Both the position numbers and the translations under genes were made by a program. The notes beneath the pieces were generated by a model that saw nothing but the letters and a program-made list of their open reading frames with translations, ran no database searches and was not told the DNA's origin. Source: Tubiluchus corallicola (Eukaryota > Animalia > Priapulida). Taken from it: DNA of 64,000 nucleotides. Positions 12,601 through 26,000 of this stretch are shown here, piece by piece. The stretch covers positions 248,001 to 312,000 of the forward strand of contig JAQGDQ010000171.1 of the NCBI GenBank assembly GCA_030141605.1. The letters are read 5' to 3'. The stretch's first letter is position 1, and each line of letters begins with the position of its first letter.

Positions 12601-15600
12601 AAATTTAAACTTAAAAAATAATTAATTTTTATGAATACCTATTAGAATTAATTATCCATCTGCATTATTAATGCTATTACTTCATGTGTATCAACTATAC
12701 TGTTAGGTGCAATTAGTCTGTGTGAATAATTAGTCTGTGCGAAAAATTAGTCTAACACAGACTAATAACACTAAACAGCGTAGTGAACATTCAATTATAG
12801 GTACATGACAGTCGTTGCTTCAAATTTTCATTTTGCATCTGCAGATATATGATAACTTTTAGTTAAAGTATTCATTTTATGTTTTTCAGCTATGGATCAC
12901 AATATCAGCAACAGAGTCAACATCAATCAACTCAGCAGCAACCTCAAGCACCCAACGTCTACCTCAAGGTCGTTGATGGCCATGAACCGTCCGCCCAACC
13001 AACAACTGGTCTAGTGGTGGGAGAGTATGCTTCGTTAGTCATTTACTACCAACACACAGGTATGACAAATTTTTTGCTTAAATTAACAGCAATATTAATA
13101 AATTTATAATCTTTATTACAAGATGATTGTGACGGATGGCATGACCACAATGACTAACTTTTTGAAAATAAACTTCTAATTGGGAAAGAAATTATGTGAA
13201 AAGTCGGGACTGGTTCCGCATGGCCACTAGACTACTCGGACGACTATTTACAAATCCCTGCACTCTTTTGCCAGCTTTTAACATCAATGTTTACAGTCTT
13301 GCATCAAATGAACTTGTACGTTTATTCCTGTCCTAGATAATACCCTAGAATCTAGATAAATCTGTGAACACTCAAATTTTGTTTTAGTGCAGTCTTTTAT
13401 TTCAAACACTGAGCGCTTTAAATAGTATTGACTTTGTTACTCTTGCTACTTATTACAACATTTTTGTACATTGTGGTCACCATTGTTCTGCTTCTGCCTA
13501 GCGTTTCGCTCCCACTAGGTGAGAATATACATCAGTTGTAAAACTGTCTGTTTCAAACCTAGTTATATGTTACATCTTCAATAAATTATGATGAAACCAT
13601 TTCCAAACTTACATTTACCTCTTCGCATTGATCTCCTTTCGGTTAAATTTAATATTTAGTTGTTGATAATAACAATAACATTTATTTTATAATTGCTGTT
13701 CTCGGTGTCTATTTCTTCGTTTTTGAAAACGAGGTGATTCCCAGATTCGAAACTTCTTTACCTAATTATGGTCGCTGATCAATTCATTGTAATGATGGAC
13801 GTGGTATACCAGCTAATAATAATATCATTAATGAACTTTCAGATCACTATGATGTAGCAGTAAGCAACTGTTTTGCGCACGATGGAACTGGTTATTACAA
13901 AGTGCTGCTCATTGACGAAAATGGGTAAGGTGAAAAAGGTGACGCAAAAAATGCACCAAAGTTTTGATCACGACATTATACGGAAAAAGTAACAGAATCG
14001 ATTAAAAAGCGCTACACTATGTAACAAACGTCTATGTATAAACACGAAAAATTTTAAGTCATTCCGTTAGCTTTCTTCAAACATACAGCAGTTTTATGAC
14101 AACAAGTCAAAAAAGTCGAAAAAACTTTGTGTCACTATTGCTGAAATGTACAGCAAGTGGCTCTACTTGCCCAACATTTTCACTTCCAACAGCTGACACA
14201 TTTTTTTCACTTCTGTAACGTGTATTTTCGTCCTGTATTCAACCGTTTTTACCTTTAGTTCCTGTGTATCAAACAGTTCTGTGTTGCCATTATACTCTTT
14301 CTCTGGAAATTCCAAATAGCGTAATACAAATGATTAAGTCACATTTTTTCTTGGCAATAGATCTTTATCAGTGCTTGGAATTTCTCTGCTGATAACCATG
14401 TTGTAAACTGGTTAATTCTTTTACTGTTTTACTTTCTGTCTTGACTTCTATATAAGTCACTGAACGTGGCCATTTTTCAGTTGAATGTTAGCTGACATTG
14501 TTCAGGCATTTACATTTTCAACATGCAAACACATTTCGGTCATTAATTAAAAACCACTAAAATTATAATCAGGTAACTTTCATAGCCAAACGCTATATAT
14601 TGCATTAATCAGCTGTGAAATTTTAACTTTGTGTGCACTCGCTTCCAATATTATTGTAATCTAAACAGCGACACAGTTTTCTGCGCCATCCGGTATATCC
14701 TTAATATAAGTCAGTATATGAGTGGCAATAAGAAATCTGCAATTGTGCACTAAACTTAGAGGTCCAGTATACTGTAAAAATGGAAAGAAATTGAATCTGA
14801 ACTGATCTGGGGATCTATTCAATCCAAGCTGAATAATGTATGCACCTTGTAGCTCACAGCCCCTACGTTTTTGGTTCAAATCCAAGTAGTTTACAAATTC
14901 TGTTTTAACACAGGTGTTCAGCAAACCCAGAGCACGTCAGCCAGCTACGTGAAGACTTTGAAAACAGTGGCTACTCTAATGATAAATCTATCTACACCTC
15001 ATTCCGAGCGTTCAAGTTTCCCGACAGATACAACGTTTACTTTCAGTGTAGCATTGAAATATGTTACGGAAGCTGTTATAAGGTACCCGGATTTTATTAC
15101 CAATCGACGCATTTCTTGTAGAGAAGCACTTTGCTCTTCAGTTTTCGTCATCATTTGCGTGCATAAAAATCAATTAAGGAGCAGAACAGATTGAAACTGT
15201 TGCTATTGGTATTAATGTATTTAAACCCAGTTAATTATATTTTCATATATCTATGGTACAGCACATTGTAATTACTTGTGCGCTTAGTTAGTTTTATTTA
15301 CAACAAAACTTTGTTCAAGGATAGAGTTTCGACACATGGCTATTAACTCTATTTACATCTGCTTGACTCTATTCAGAAAATGAATATCGTTTTTTATTAT
15401 TGCCCGCGTTCCTTTTCAAATAAAAATTTTGTGCCAAGAAATTGATAATTATTTACATGTTTCAGCAAAAAATAAAATATGAAGGTTTTAGATGGTGGTG
15501 TGTGTGCAGATGATTATAAGCTTCAGAAATTTGGTTGCAACTTTTTTTTTAAAACAAGGTTAAGTCTTGCTTGAAATCTAGAAGATACATAAATGCCACC

Positions 15601-17076
15601 TATTCACGAATTAATTCTTTCTTTTAGAAATCATGTAGTCCGGGAGAGGTACAAGGCTACGGTCAGCAAAACGAGGTGCAACACGACAGGTACAAACGAT
15701 CAGCAGTTGGAAATGGCACAGAAGAACAGCAGACAGAAGAGAAGCACACCGTCGAAGCAAAGGAGCTGTTTAGAGCTCTTACTATAATATTGCCAGGCGA
15801 AGAGCCAGATCCATCAAGTAAGTTAAGCGTTGTGAGTTACTGATCGATGATGTGACTAATTATTAAACGTTTCGAATAAGATTACTGTCTAGAATAATGA
15901 TGATCATTAGATTTACAGAGAAAAATTTAATTTTTTCGAACCCAGGTTACCTTTTCTCTGTTAGCCTAATGATCTAGTCCATTAAAGCAAAACCGGATCC
16001 AATTCTTAAACTGTAAATCAAAAACATCAGCTCTTTAAAATACTGAAAGGAAACATACTATTTTTTCAAAAAATGGCTTGTGTGAAAGAATTACTGCCAC
16101 GCAAACATAATTTCGCGTGCACTAGCGCCTGCATTTTGAAAACGCATTTCACAAAAACAGGTGATGTACCTCTCAGCTCAGATGTGTTAGTTTGTGACGA
16201 ACTACACACGTTCGACAGCTCATGCGTGAGCACAGTATTAAATTTGAAATTTGAATTTTTATCTTAAAACCTCCCTAGTTTTAGTACACCACGCTGAATT
16301 TCTTACAGTAGCACTGTACTTCAATTTTCGGTTTCGCAAACACGTGCAACAGGCTCATGAAAGATTTTATTTTTGAAAATTATGTTAGTTTGTGATGTCA
16401 TCAATAGTTGGGCTCGCCCGCCGTTAATTAAGTTTTTTTAACCGATCGTTTAATTATCAGAAACGCTGTTGTAGTATTAATTGTGTTACAACGTATGCTT
16501 TTATCATATTGAAAATGGGGTGGTATGTGAAAAATCACCCTGTCGTCTTTTAACTGTAATCAGGTTTTCACATTACAATGTTCTTGAAACAGGTTTTTAA
16601 ATAACGTAAGCTACTAGAAAAAGCCCCTCGGGCACAAACGTGGATAACAAGAGCAGGATAACCAGCTAGGATCAATAGGCTTACTGTTTATAATCACGTT
16701 ATTGCAATTGTAACGATATAAGGCGCCTTAACACCATTTCAATGTTGTTCGCTTAGGACAAGTGGAAGTAATATTATACATGTATCATGTACTCATATCC
16801 TGTATAGGGTTTTTTGCGAACTTCCACTAGTCCAACCTTATTCTTAGCATTACCATGCCGCTAGAGGCATTGAGTTTTCAGGGCTTCATTATTTCAAATG
16901 TATTTTCAGCATTCACTAAAGGAACTTACCTGCAGAATACACAAGAAATGTGCATTTCCAAGGCTGGCTTCGCCTGGGGAATAGTCATCATGGGCGCCAT
17001 CTTGATCATCGCCATCATCGTCTGCGTGCTGTTGTGCATACGAACCAGACAAGCAAAGGAGCTCTCGGGGTGCTGA
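9672..17076 (+). CDS. Cuticlin/ZP-domain type I membrane protein with Gly/Tyr/His-rich N-terminal region (~657 aa, 9 coding exons)
   Basis: Exons 9672-9713, 10069-10831, 11519-11718, 12165-12355, 12890-13059, 13843-13924, 14914-15082, 15628-15817, 16910-17076; all GT-AG with compatible phases (1974 nt). Signal peptide MIIREFAAALFCCLVAKTSG; GGY/GGH repeats; ZP-N (IKTTC...FYGKIFAKG...RC...LPLDGCG...NTLVV...YSVYC); ZP-C (VSNCFAHDG...LIDENGC...FRAFKFPD..VYFQCSIEIC); furin site RYKR; C-terminal TM FAWGIVIMGAILIIAIIVCVLLCI. Confidence 0.92.
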
Positions 17077-18394
17077 CCTGAGCTGCCATCTTTTGGTAGC
17101 TCTATGAACTAGAGTTTGCTCTGTGCTCACATGTAAATAGCAACTTTAGATTGTAATCTTTGTGTCTGGCCTAGAGTTCAAGCCTTCCTTTGTAATAGTG
17201 GACTTGAATGTGTACACAGAGGAAAAATATCGGTTTTTGTTCAATATGAGGCGTATAAATTTTTGCAATAAGGTTTAACAACCCAAATAATGTGCTTCTT
17301 CTATAATCAATTGATTGCAAAAAATAATCAGAGAATATGAAGAATGGTTAGTATGATAAACCAATTGGGATCTTGACACAACTAGAGCAGCTAGTTGAAC
17401 TCCGGCTAAGGAAGAAACGTAGAAACGGATGAGGCCTTAAATAGCGTTTGTATTTATGTGACAACGGAGGCTGCGATGACACTCGGGGAAAATGTTTGTT
17501 CGCGCCATCTGATCGTTATCTTTATCAATTGTCATGAATCTTGAAATATATGTAGAGCGCAGCCTACCTATTATCGTAATTATGTCAGAATTTCTGGTTT
17601 CTTTCCTGCATACATCGACATTCGGAGACTGTTGCTTGTCAAATTACGAAACGCTTTTTTGCTACTTCATGTATCATAACACTAAAGTGAACATTTATAA
17701 TTCATTTTTACAGATTTAATGTAATTATATTCATAGATAAAGTTCAATATCAAAGAAACGTAGTTTTAAAGAAAGCAAACCGTATTTAAACTAATCTGCA
17801 TGGCTTCACGCTTAAATCTCGAAATGCTATTTCCTGCCTTAATATATTTCCATGTTAACAATTTTTCTATTCGTTACTTGCCCAAGCAAATTCGCTTAAA
17901 TCCGAGTAGGTTGTTTACTGAAATTGAATAACTAGTGCTCATTTTTAAATTATACTTTATTTTACAATTATATAACCTATAGCGTTTATGTGAATCCAGT
18001 TCCATACAGTCGTGCTGAATAACCAGTTTTGAATACTGACATGAGAATATAATAACTGCCGTGTTTTGGGAATTGTTCATAACCGTAAAAATATATAGGC
18101 CTCTTAATACTAGTCAATTTACGTGCTATCCTGTTGTTATATTGTTTATAGTTAATATGGGTACTACCATTTTACTAATAATTTCTCTCTTAAAAATTGC
18201 ACCGTTTATTATTATTACTACTTTTTATTTTCGACAGAATTTAGTGCAAAAGTTTCATCACATATTAATATTGTTGTAATTGTCTGTTACCAATTTTCAT
18301 CATAGCCATTACGTTTTGTACTATTTGATTAATATGATCTTCTTTTGCAAAGCTTCAATATTTGTGAAACTTATAAGTGTAACTTGATGTCCAT

Positions 18395-18675
18395 TATCGT
18401 CATCATCATCGTCATCACCATCATCATCATCGTCGTCGTCGTCGTCACCATCGTCGTCGTTGTCGTCATTATCATCGTCGTCATCGTCATTATCATCATT
18501 ATCATCATTGTCATCGTCGTCGTCGTTGTCCTCATCACCATCGTCATCACAGTTACTACAACTACCATCATTACTATTACCGATGCAACCATCACTACCA
18601 TCACTTTCACTAACACCGCCAACACCACCATTATCATCATCACCACTATCACTATCACCACTGTTATAGCCATCA
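18395..18675. repeat. (ATC/GTC)n microsatellite
   Basis: Directly visible. Confidence 0.95.
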
Positions 18676-19734
18676 TACAACTGTTTACTTTAGATTCTCG
18701 CAAACAAGTATGTAAAACTTATTGTTGTTATTTTATACTTTTTATATCGCTTCATTTTTCTGGACCTGCGTTTTACTTTGAGTCACTTAATCTTTATAAT
18801 ACTGGAGTGCACACTAATTACAGTTATGTATATACAACAGTTAATTAACCTGCTTTTCTAACAAACTTTCTTCCTAAATAATTACCCTATCAATTATATT
18901 ATTCATAACATTTACAATAGGAGGAATTGCCATATTACTAAACATGTGGTAACATCATAATCATTGTTATTTTGTTCTTTGCCGGTAAATGTATTTTCTG
19001 ATTTACCTTGTACTAATTTATATACAAATTAACATTTATGCACGGTCATATAAAAAGTATCTTTTACTGATGGTAAATTTTCGTTTTTATGCACTATACT
19101 AACGACACTGTTAATTTAACATACTAACTACGCTAATGATAAATAATACTAACATAGCCACTACTTGTAATGGCTTTTTATATAATCAATACTAAACATA
19201 CGTACGTACATTATATAGTAGCCTCTCGTTCCATTTTGGGATGCAAGGACAAAGAATTATTCTAACAATGATCAGTAGTTATACAGCTTATTAATCACCT
19301 AAATCAATACGTGTATTATGTTTTAGTACAATAATATTTATGCACATATTTATTTATAATATGATAAATTAATAGTCACTTGCACTACAAGTGAGATAGC
19401 GCATGAATTTCTTCTCTATGATTGTAGTACAAAACCGAAAAAAGTCTGACATTAACTTCTGCATGCATTAAACTGATTTAAATGTAAATTTCTCTTAACA
19501 TCGTAATAAGCTATTACAGTGTATCGTTATTAATAATATACTAAGTATATTTATAATTTAGAACATTTTTCAAGCTAAAGTAAAACATTCTATAAAAATA
19601 ACGATCAAGTATACCTACTATTTACATATAACCCGAAAATTAACTAATAAATATTTACCTATTCTTCTGGTTTTGTTCATGTCTGTGCGAGCATATCATT
19701 TAAATTCATATGCTATTATTAAAACATTAATAAT

Positions 19735-20205
<471 letters not shown>

Positions 20206-20929
20206 CATGAGAGGTTAGCTGTTGTTTACTAACACAAAAAATGAAAATATGGCGTAATTACTTTGGCACAATTGTTGTAATGCTTTATTTCTATTTATTG
20301 TGAATTTCCTCTTGCTATCATATATTTATGTTCATGTATACATTTTGTGTATCTTACATTAAATATCATTTATAACATATCAATTATGATTGTGCCTGGT
20401 CAGAGCACATAACTTAAAGTGTTTTCCTTGCATGCTAAAATGCTGCATTGTACATAGTATACTATCATTATTTATCCCTTATTCCCTTTTAGGCCTGCTA
20501 GCCTTAAGTTATTAGAATTTATTGAACTCTACATACCTAGATTTTCATTTTCTCGTATATTAATAGCTTAATATAAAACATTAAAACTTAATCATAATTC
20601 ATTAGTGGTGGTCTATTTCTCATCTTTACCCTCACCAACAATTTATCGCTTAAATATGTAGATAATATCTCACTATTAATCAGTAAAATGACATTATAAT
20701 TAATTCCAGACAGATAACTGCATATTTTCATTTTATAAAATCATGGATTCCATACGAAGTTATGAACATGTCGTAATAAATATGCAATAAATTACTACTT
20801 TTTTTATTTGGGTTTTGTTCATATTAATTTTTATAATTATTACCTTATAGTAGTAATGGAATTCCATTATTTTCCGTTAATATGAGCAAATTGAACCACT
20901 GTACCAAATACCTTGTGCCTGGTTTAGTG

Positions 20930-21710
20930 TTCAAGAGAGCTAATGTGCTGCAGATTTTTCGGTCGAGCTCGACGCAATTCACTGCTCATCTATATCTTGT
21001 TCTTCTTGTTGTTATTGTTCAAAAGCTTGAGCCTAAGCCTGAATTTGCAATGCATTGTCAACAAGCTTCACATGAACATACTAAAAAGAATTCCGGATCA
21101 ACTGACGGAGTCGATTTTCGATCCGGTCAGACTGAATTCAAGATGGCGACGATAGCAATATTTGCAAAGAGCTCTAAAGCTCCTCCAGTTTGCAACATAT
21201 CATCATGTAACTTTATACGAATATACTTGAACGAATTTCATATCAGCTGAAAGAGGCGGTATTTCTGACTTGCCATCTTGAATTTCAGACGCTTGGACAA
21301 CTTACTTCTGAAAAAGCTTAAAGCTGTGTGAATCCCATTTCGATCGTCATGAAATCTTATACGAATGTACTAGAACGAATTCGTCATCGAATTCAAGATG
21401 GCAACGGTAACAACGTTTTCGACAATGTCTACAGCCCACCAATTCGTAGTGAATCATCATGAAACTATATTAATATATTAGAATGAATACTGTATCGACT
21501 GACAGAGACAATGTAAATACGACATAAACCTACAAACGAAAATACTAGAACACATTTCGGATCTGGAAACCGAGTCAGATTTTTGATCCACCATCTTGAA
21601 TTCAGCTAATTTCCTGCTCACCGTACGAACTACTTCACCACTGCTGGCGTGTCAACAAGAATTGAAAGAAAAATCTAGCCTATATATCTAGGATGTATCT
21701 AGCTTGTTCG
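20930..21710. mobile_element. Non-autonomous element with internal degenerate tandem repeats (Helentron-associated/HINE-like organisation)
   Basis: Short TTG/TTC microsatellite near the left end, repeated units starting GAATTCAAGATGGC (21134, 21389) with inverted CCATCTTGAATT copies (~21273, ~21591), and CTAG-rich palindromic right end. Class assignment is inference. Confidence 0.4.
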
Positions 21711-21849
21711 GATGTTCAACAATGGAGGAATAATCCTATCCTATGCTTCGTTGCACGAAACACCAGTATTTTCTAATACTGCGCTATTGTAGCTCATACA
21801 AAATGCCACAATCTAGTTACATTGAAGCTATCTTTTTTACGATATCCAA

Positions 21850-21850
<1 letters not shown>

Positions 21851-21910
<60 letters not shown>
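21851..21910. repeat. (CA)n microsatellite
   Basis: Directly visible. Confidence 0.97.
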
Positions 21911-21913
<3 letters not shown>

Positions 21914-23088
21914 GCGCGCGGAACATGCGAAACAAATATTTGTAAAAGGAACTGTGACGAATGGAATTATCATAGAATTACAAGCATTCTATATACGTTC
22001 AGACATTGAGCAAAAAAGTCAGAGTTAATATGTTGAAAGAAAATCAGCAACATCGAAAAAATTAAAACAATACTTTATTTACAGTACCAAATTAGCACTC
22101 GTAATTAACAAGTGAATGCACACGAGCACTTACACAGTACACGTTGTGATAATTAATAACTCTAGATAATTTAATTCTTTAGAAACAAGATCATTAACCC
22201 GAGTTGGCGTCTGCCGTGCGACTGCACAATGGCAACTTTTATCGGTATATAGTGTATCTAGTGCATCTTAACTCATTAATCAGTTTCAACTTGACCTAAT
22301 TACAGAATTCATTAAGTATATTCGCAGACCTACAGCTATGAAGCTAGACATGCTTATATGCGGCTAATAATATAAGGTATTTCAAAAGTCCCATATTGTT
22401 ATTAAATATATTAAAACTACTGGCAGTTACAACAGGTACCGAATAATACGATTTATGAGAATTTTAGCGGCATCAAGCTTAGCTTCATAAGTGTACTACA
22501 GCGATTTTTATTTACACGTATATATCACGCTCTTTTCTATATCTAGCCATGCAGTGGCTTTTCATCCCTGCATTAAACTCAGCTTACTAACAGAAGAAAA
22601 CGTCACATAATGTCACTAAAAAGTAGACTCAAGAAACTTCTCAAACACAGAGTAAGAATTTACAGCAAAGTAAATGATGTTTGTTGTTTAGCTGCAAAGA
22701 AAATTGAAAATTAAATTGTCGAGAGACTTAAGAACAGCCAATAGCCTTATAAAATTAGTTATTTAGCTGATAATTAATCTCTTCTGTCATTCAATGTGAA
22801 TCTCTTTACCTGCTGGAGGTAATAACATGCATCTTCGGGTTTTGTATTCTCTTCAACAGGTTAATTGAAAAGCTCGTTTGGTTCTTTACATAGATTTTAA
22901 AAAACGCAGTTAAAATAAATATAAAGACAGAGAACCAAAAAAACGAATTTTACTGCTTCTTCTATATGACACCATTAAGGTTGTACAGCTCAGACCCTTC
23001 ACAACCCATATTTTCATCTGGTCCAGCGCAGCTCCATGTGGATATCGGCTGTAGTGAGTGAAAAAAGGTAGGGTTGTATCGCTACAAA

Positions 23089-26000
23089 CTACAGTGATGA
23101 CTCATGATAACTTGCTACCTCATTTCCGTTTTCTGATTGGTTAACATTTCTATCTTCTTCTTCTTTTTCATCACATTTGTTTTCGTCTTTGCTTGGTCTT
23201 TTGCAGCAGGTGAAGCAAGGTATGAGACAAAGTAGCACTGCAGCAGACGTCAAAACAGCTCCAGCTACCACATATGACGTCACAAAGTCCTGGGTGAGGT
23301 CATATATCATGCCTTTAAATTCATAAAAATGGTAACCTCAAACGTTAAAATAAGATCATTATGAGTAGATGAGATTGCTGTCTAAAAAATGTGTTTCGGT
23401 TCAATTTAAATATGTTAAATTACTTTGCAAAAACTATTCAGTTGTAGATCTTTCATTAAAATATATGTTTCAAGCCTGATTTTAAGTAAATTTATAACAT
23501 TATTCAGTTGTTTAAAAGTTATGTTTCAATTCCACTTAAATATGTAAAATTACCTTGAAAATGCTATCATTAAATTAAATTTTATTAACTTTCATTAAAT
23601 TATCTGTCTCAAACCTGATTTTAAGTGGAATTAGTAACATTATTCATTCAATCACTTTTTAACAACGTGTAAGTGCAATGTTAAGGTTCAATGATTTTCA
23701 ATAAAAATTCATCTTATTTCATATCATATCATGCATACATGGTAATCTACGTGCTATACTGCAGCTAGATAGCCATTAAGATACCATGACGCATGATATA
23801 CCTGCTACAGGTGGTCCAATCATCATCGACACACCACGACATAAGCATAACAGACCAAAAGCATTTGTTAGCTTAAGCAATCCAATTGCCTCCACTAATA
23901 TTATAGACGTCAGGCAAATAAATGCAGCTGAAAGGCAACAAAATATATAGACACTGCATGCAAGAGTTTGCTTAACTCCAGCTCGTCAGACACCACAAGC
24001 AGACATAGACTGCATCATAGAGGATAGCTTAAATGATTCCAGTCAGAGCCAAAGCACATACTCTATGAACAGGGCACAGCTTTACCTGCCAAGGGAGGTC
24101 CTACCATAGATGTAGCACCTCGAAACAGACAGAGTAGTCCAAAGGCGTTGGTTAATTTCTCCAGACCCATAAGATTAACAAGAATCACAGACGTCAAGCA
24201 AATGAAGGCAGCTGAAATGTTATTAGTTTTTATGGCATATTTTTGCACCTGCTTCTTTTAAATTATAATATTTAGCACGGCCGGCTGTAGGTAGTTTGAC
24301 GCCCCGGGCATAAAGGTTTTTAGCGCCCCCTACCCCTCCTTCGCACGGTCCCTTTCTCCACCGTCTCAAGCATACCACAGAATTGATTTTTTTATATAAT
24401 ATTATAATAAAATATAACAGTACCTGTGTGCTACGCTTACACATGCATTACAGTTCACTAATTAAGTGTCTGTACCTTTCTGCAGCTGGTCTGAATTGAA
24501 TTTGAAATTGAATTTATCACCCCAATGTACGCTCGGGTCTTCGGCAGCAAGCACACTTCTGCAAATTCTGCTACTCTTGGCTACATTTTCCCTCAACTTT
24601 TTCATCAGAAAAATTTTCAAACCCCAATTCCTTTTTTCACGTATCTATCCATTTCACTAGTTTCATCATCTTCACAACTCTGATCTGGTTGTATCTTCAT
24701 CAGAGATATTTTTAAGATAATTTATGTTTTATTTAATTAAAGTGCTGTGCACTTAAGCAGCAATTGCACATACATTATGTTATTACGTATTCTAAACTTT
24801 AAAATTAAAGAGTTACTTCCAGAATTTGGCGTTCCCACAAATTTGGTGCCCTAAGCAACTCGTAAGCAGTTTGTTTATGATAGAACCGGTACTGATCTTT
24901 AGTAACGTAAGCACAGCCCGTTACTGAAATGACTTTATTTCAGGAGTTTTCACTCCAAGGCCATCAGCTGCAGGTCAAAATGCACAGAGAAATGGTGGCA
25001 TCTTTATAGCTCACATACAATCACTTTGAGATTTAAGGGAACTATATTCACTTTTTTCAGTTAAACATACGTAAATAATCAACCAAACTGTTTTGCTATA
25101 TTTTAATCCTTAATTGAGTCTCTTATCGGTTATCTCGTATATTGTTGACTACTTAAAGGGAAGACAAAGTTATTAAGTACGTCAACAAAAAAAAATTCAC
25201 ACAAAGTTATATTACTTAGCAGTACGCTTACCTGTTTGAAAGACTTACGTAATTAGAAAAGAAAATTCTTAACAATGTAAAATATTCACGCCACCTGGTA
25301 AAACGGCACTGCATTGTCATCCCGTTGTGCACAAAGTTGTTCACCAAAAAACATATTATTGATCTTACTGACAATATAAAGCAATTTAAACTTTTTCATA
25401 ATTTGCGAAAAGTGTGCTACGAATGCTCTGACTATTTTTTCAGACTTCGTACAATGTTCGAAACGACTCACTCTCAAAATCCACACAACGAGTCACGGGA
25501 GTCTAAATTTACAAGTTCTAGACACCCGTTGCTGCCCACGTAAGCTCTGTGCGCAATAAAACAGCATGTAAGTGATATAAAATTTCAAGACGAATAAGCC
25601 TTTTCACACTTCCAGCGATTGATGATGATCATGAAAAGGTCAAAGGTTAAGTGTACCAGACAACGCATTTGTGTACACTTGGGCCAGTTTTAACAGCTAG
25701 CTAGAACCTTATTTAGTTCATTTTTATTATTCCAAAGCAAGATCTTGATAAGTAAATCACACTATGCACAGATTAATGTATAATTAAGCAAAGTTCACGT
25801 AAAACAACTGAAGTTACGGCAGACAGCATTGCTTTACCCACATGTCACGTTACGATTGTAGTTAAGACGCGTTGCTGTGGTATACTTAACCTTTGACATA
25901 CGGGAACTACGCGTGCGCACAATGAAACTGTGAAAATGCTTATTTTAAGTGTTATTTGTGAAGATTGAATTCTTGTGCTTTAGCGTTACTCAGTGTAAAT

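Noticed and set aside
16040-16552. Possible Kolobok-like or other non-autonomous DNA element; similar transposon-like ends at ~4640-4700 and ~43700-43935
   Set aside because: Termini are too degenerate to define matching TIRs or TSDs.
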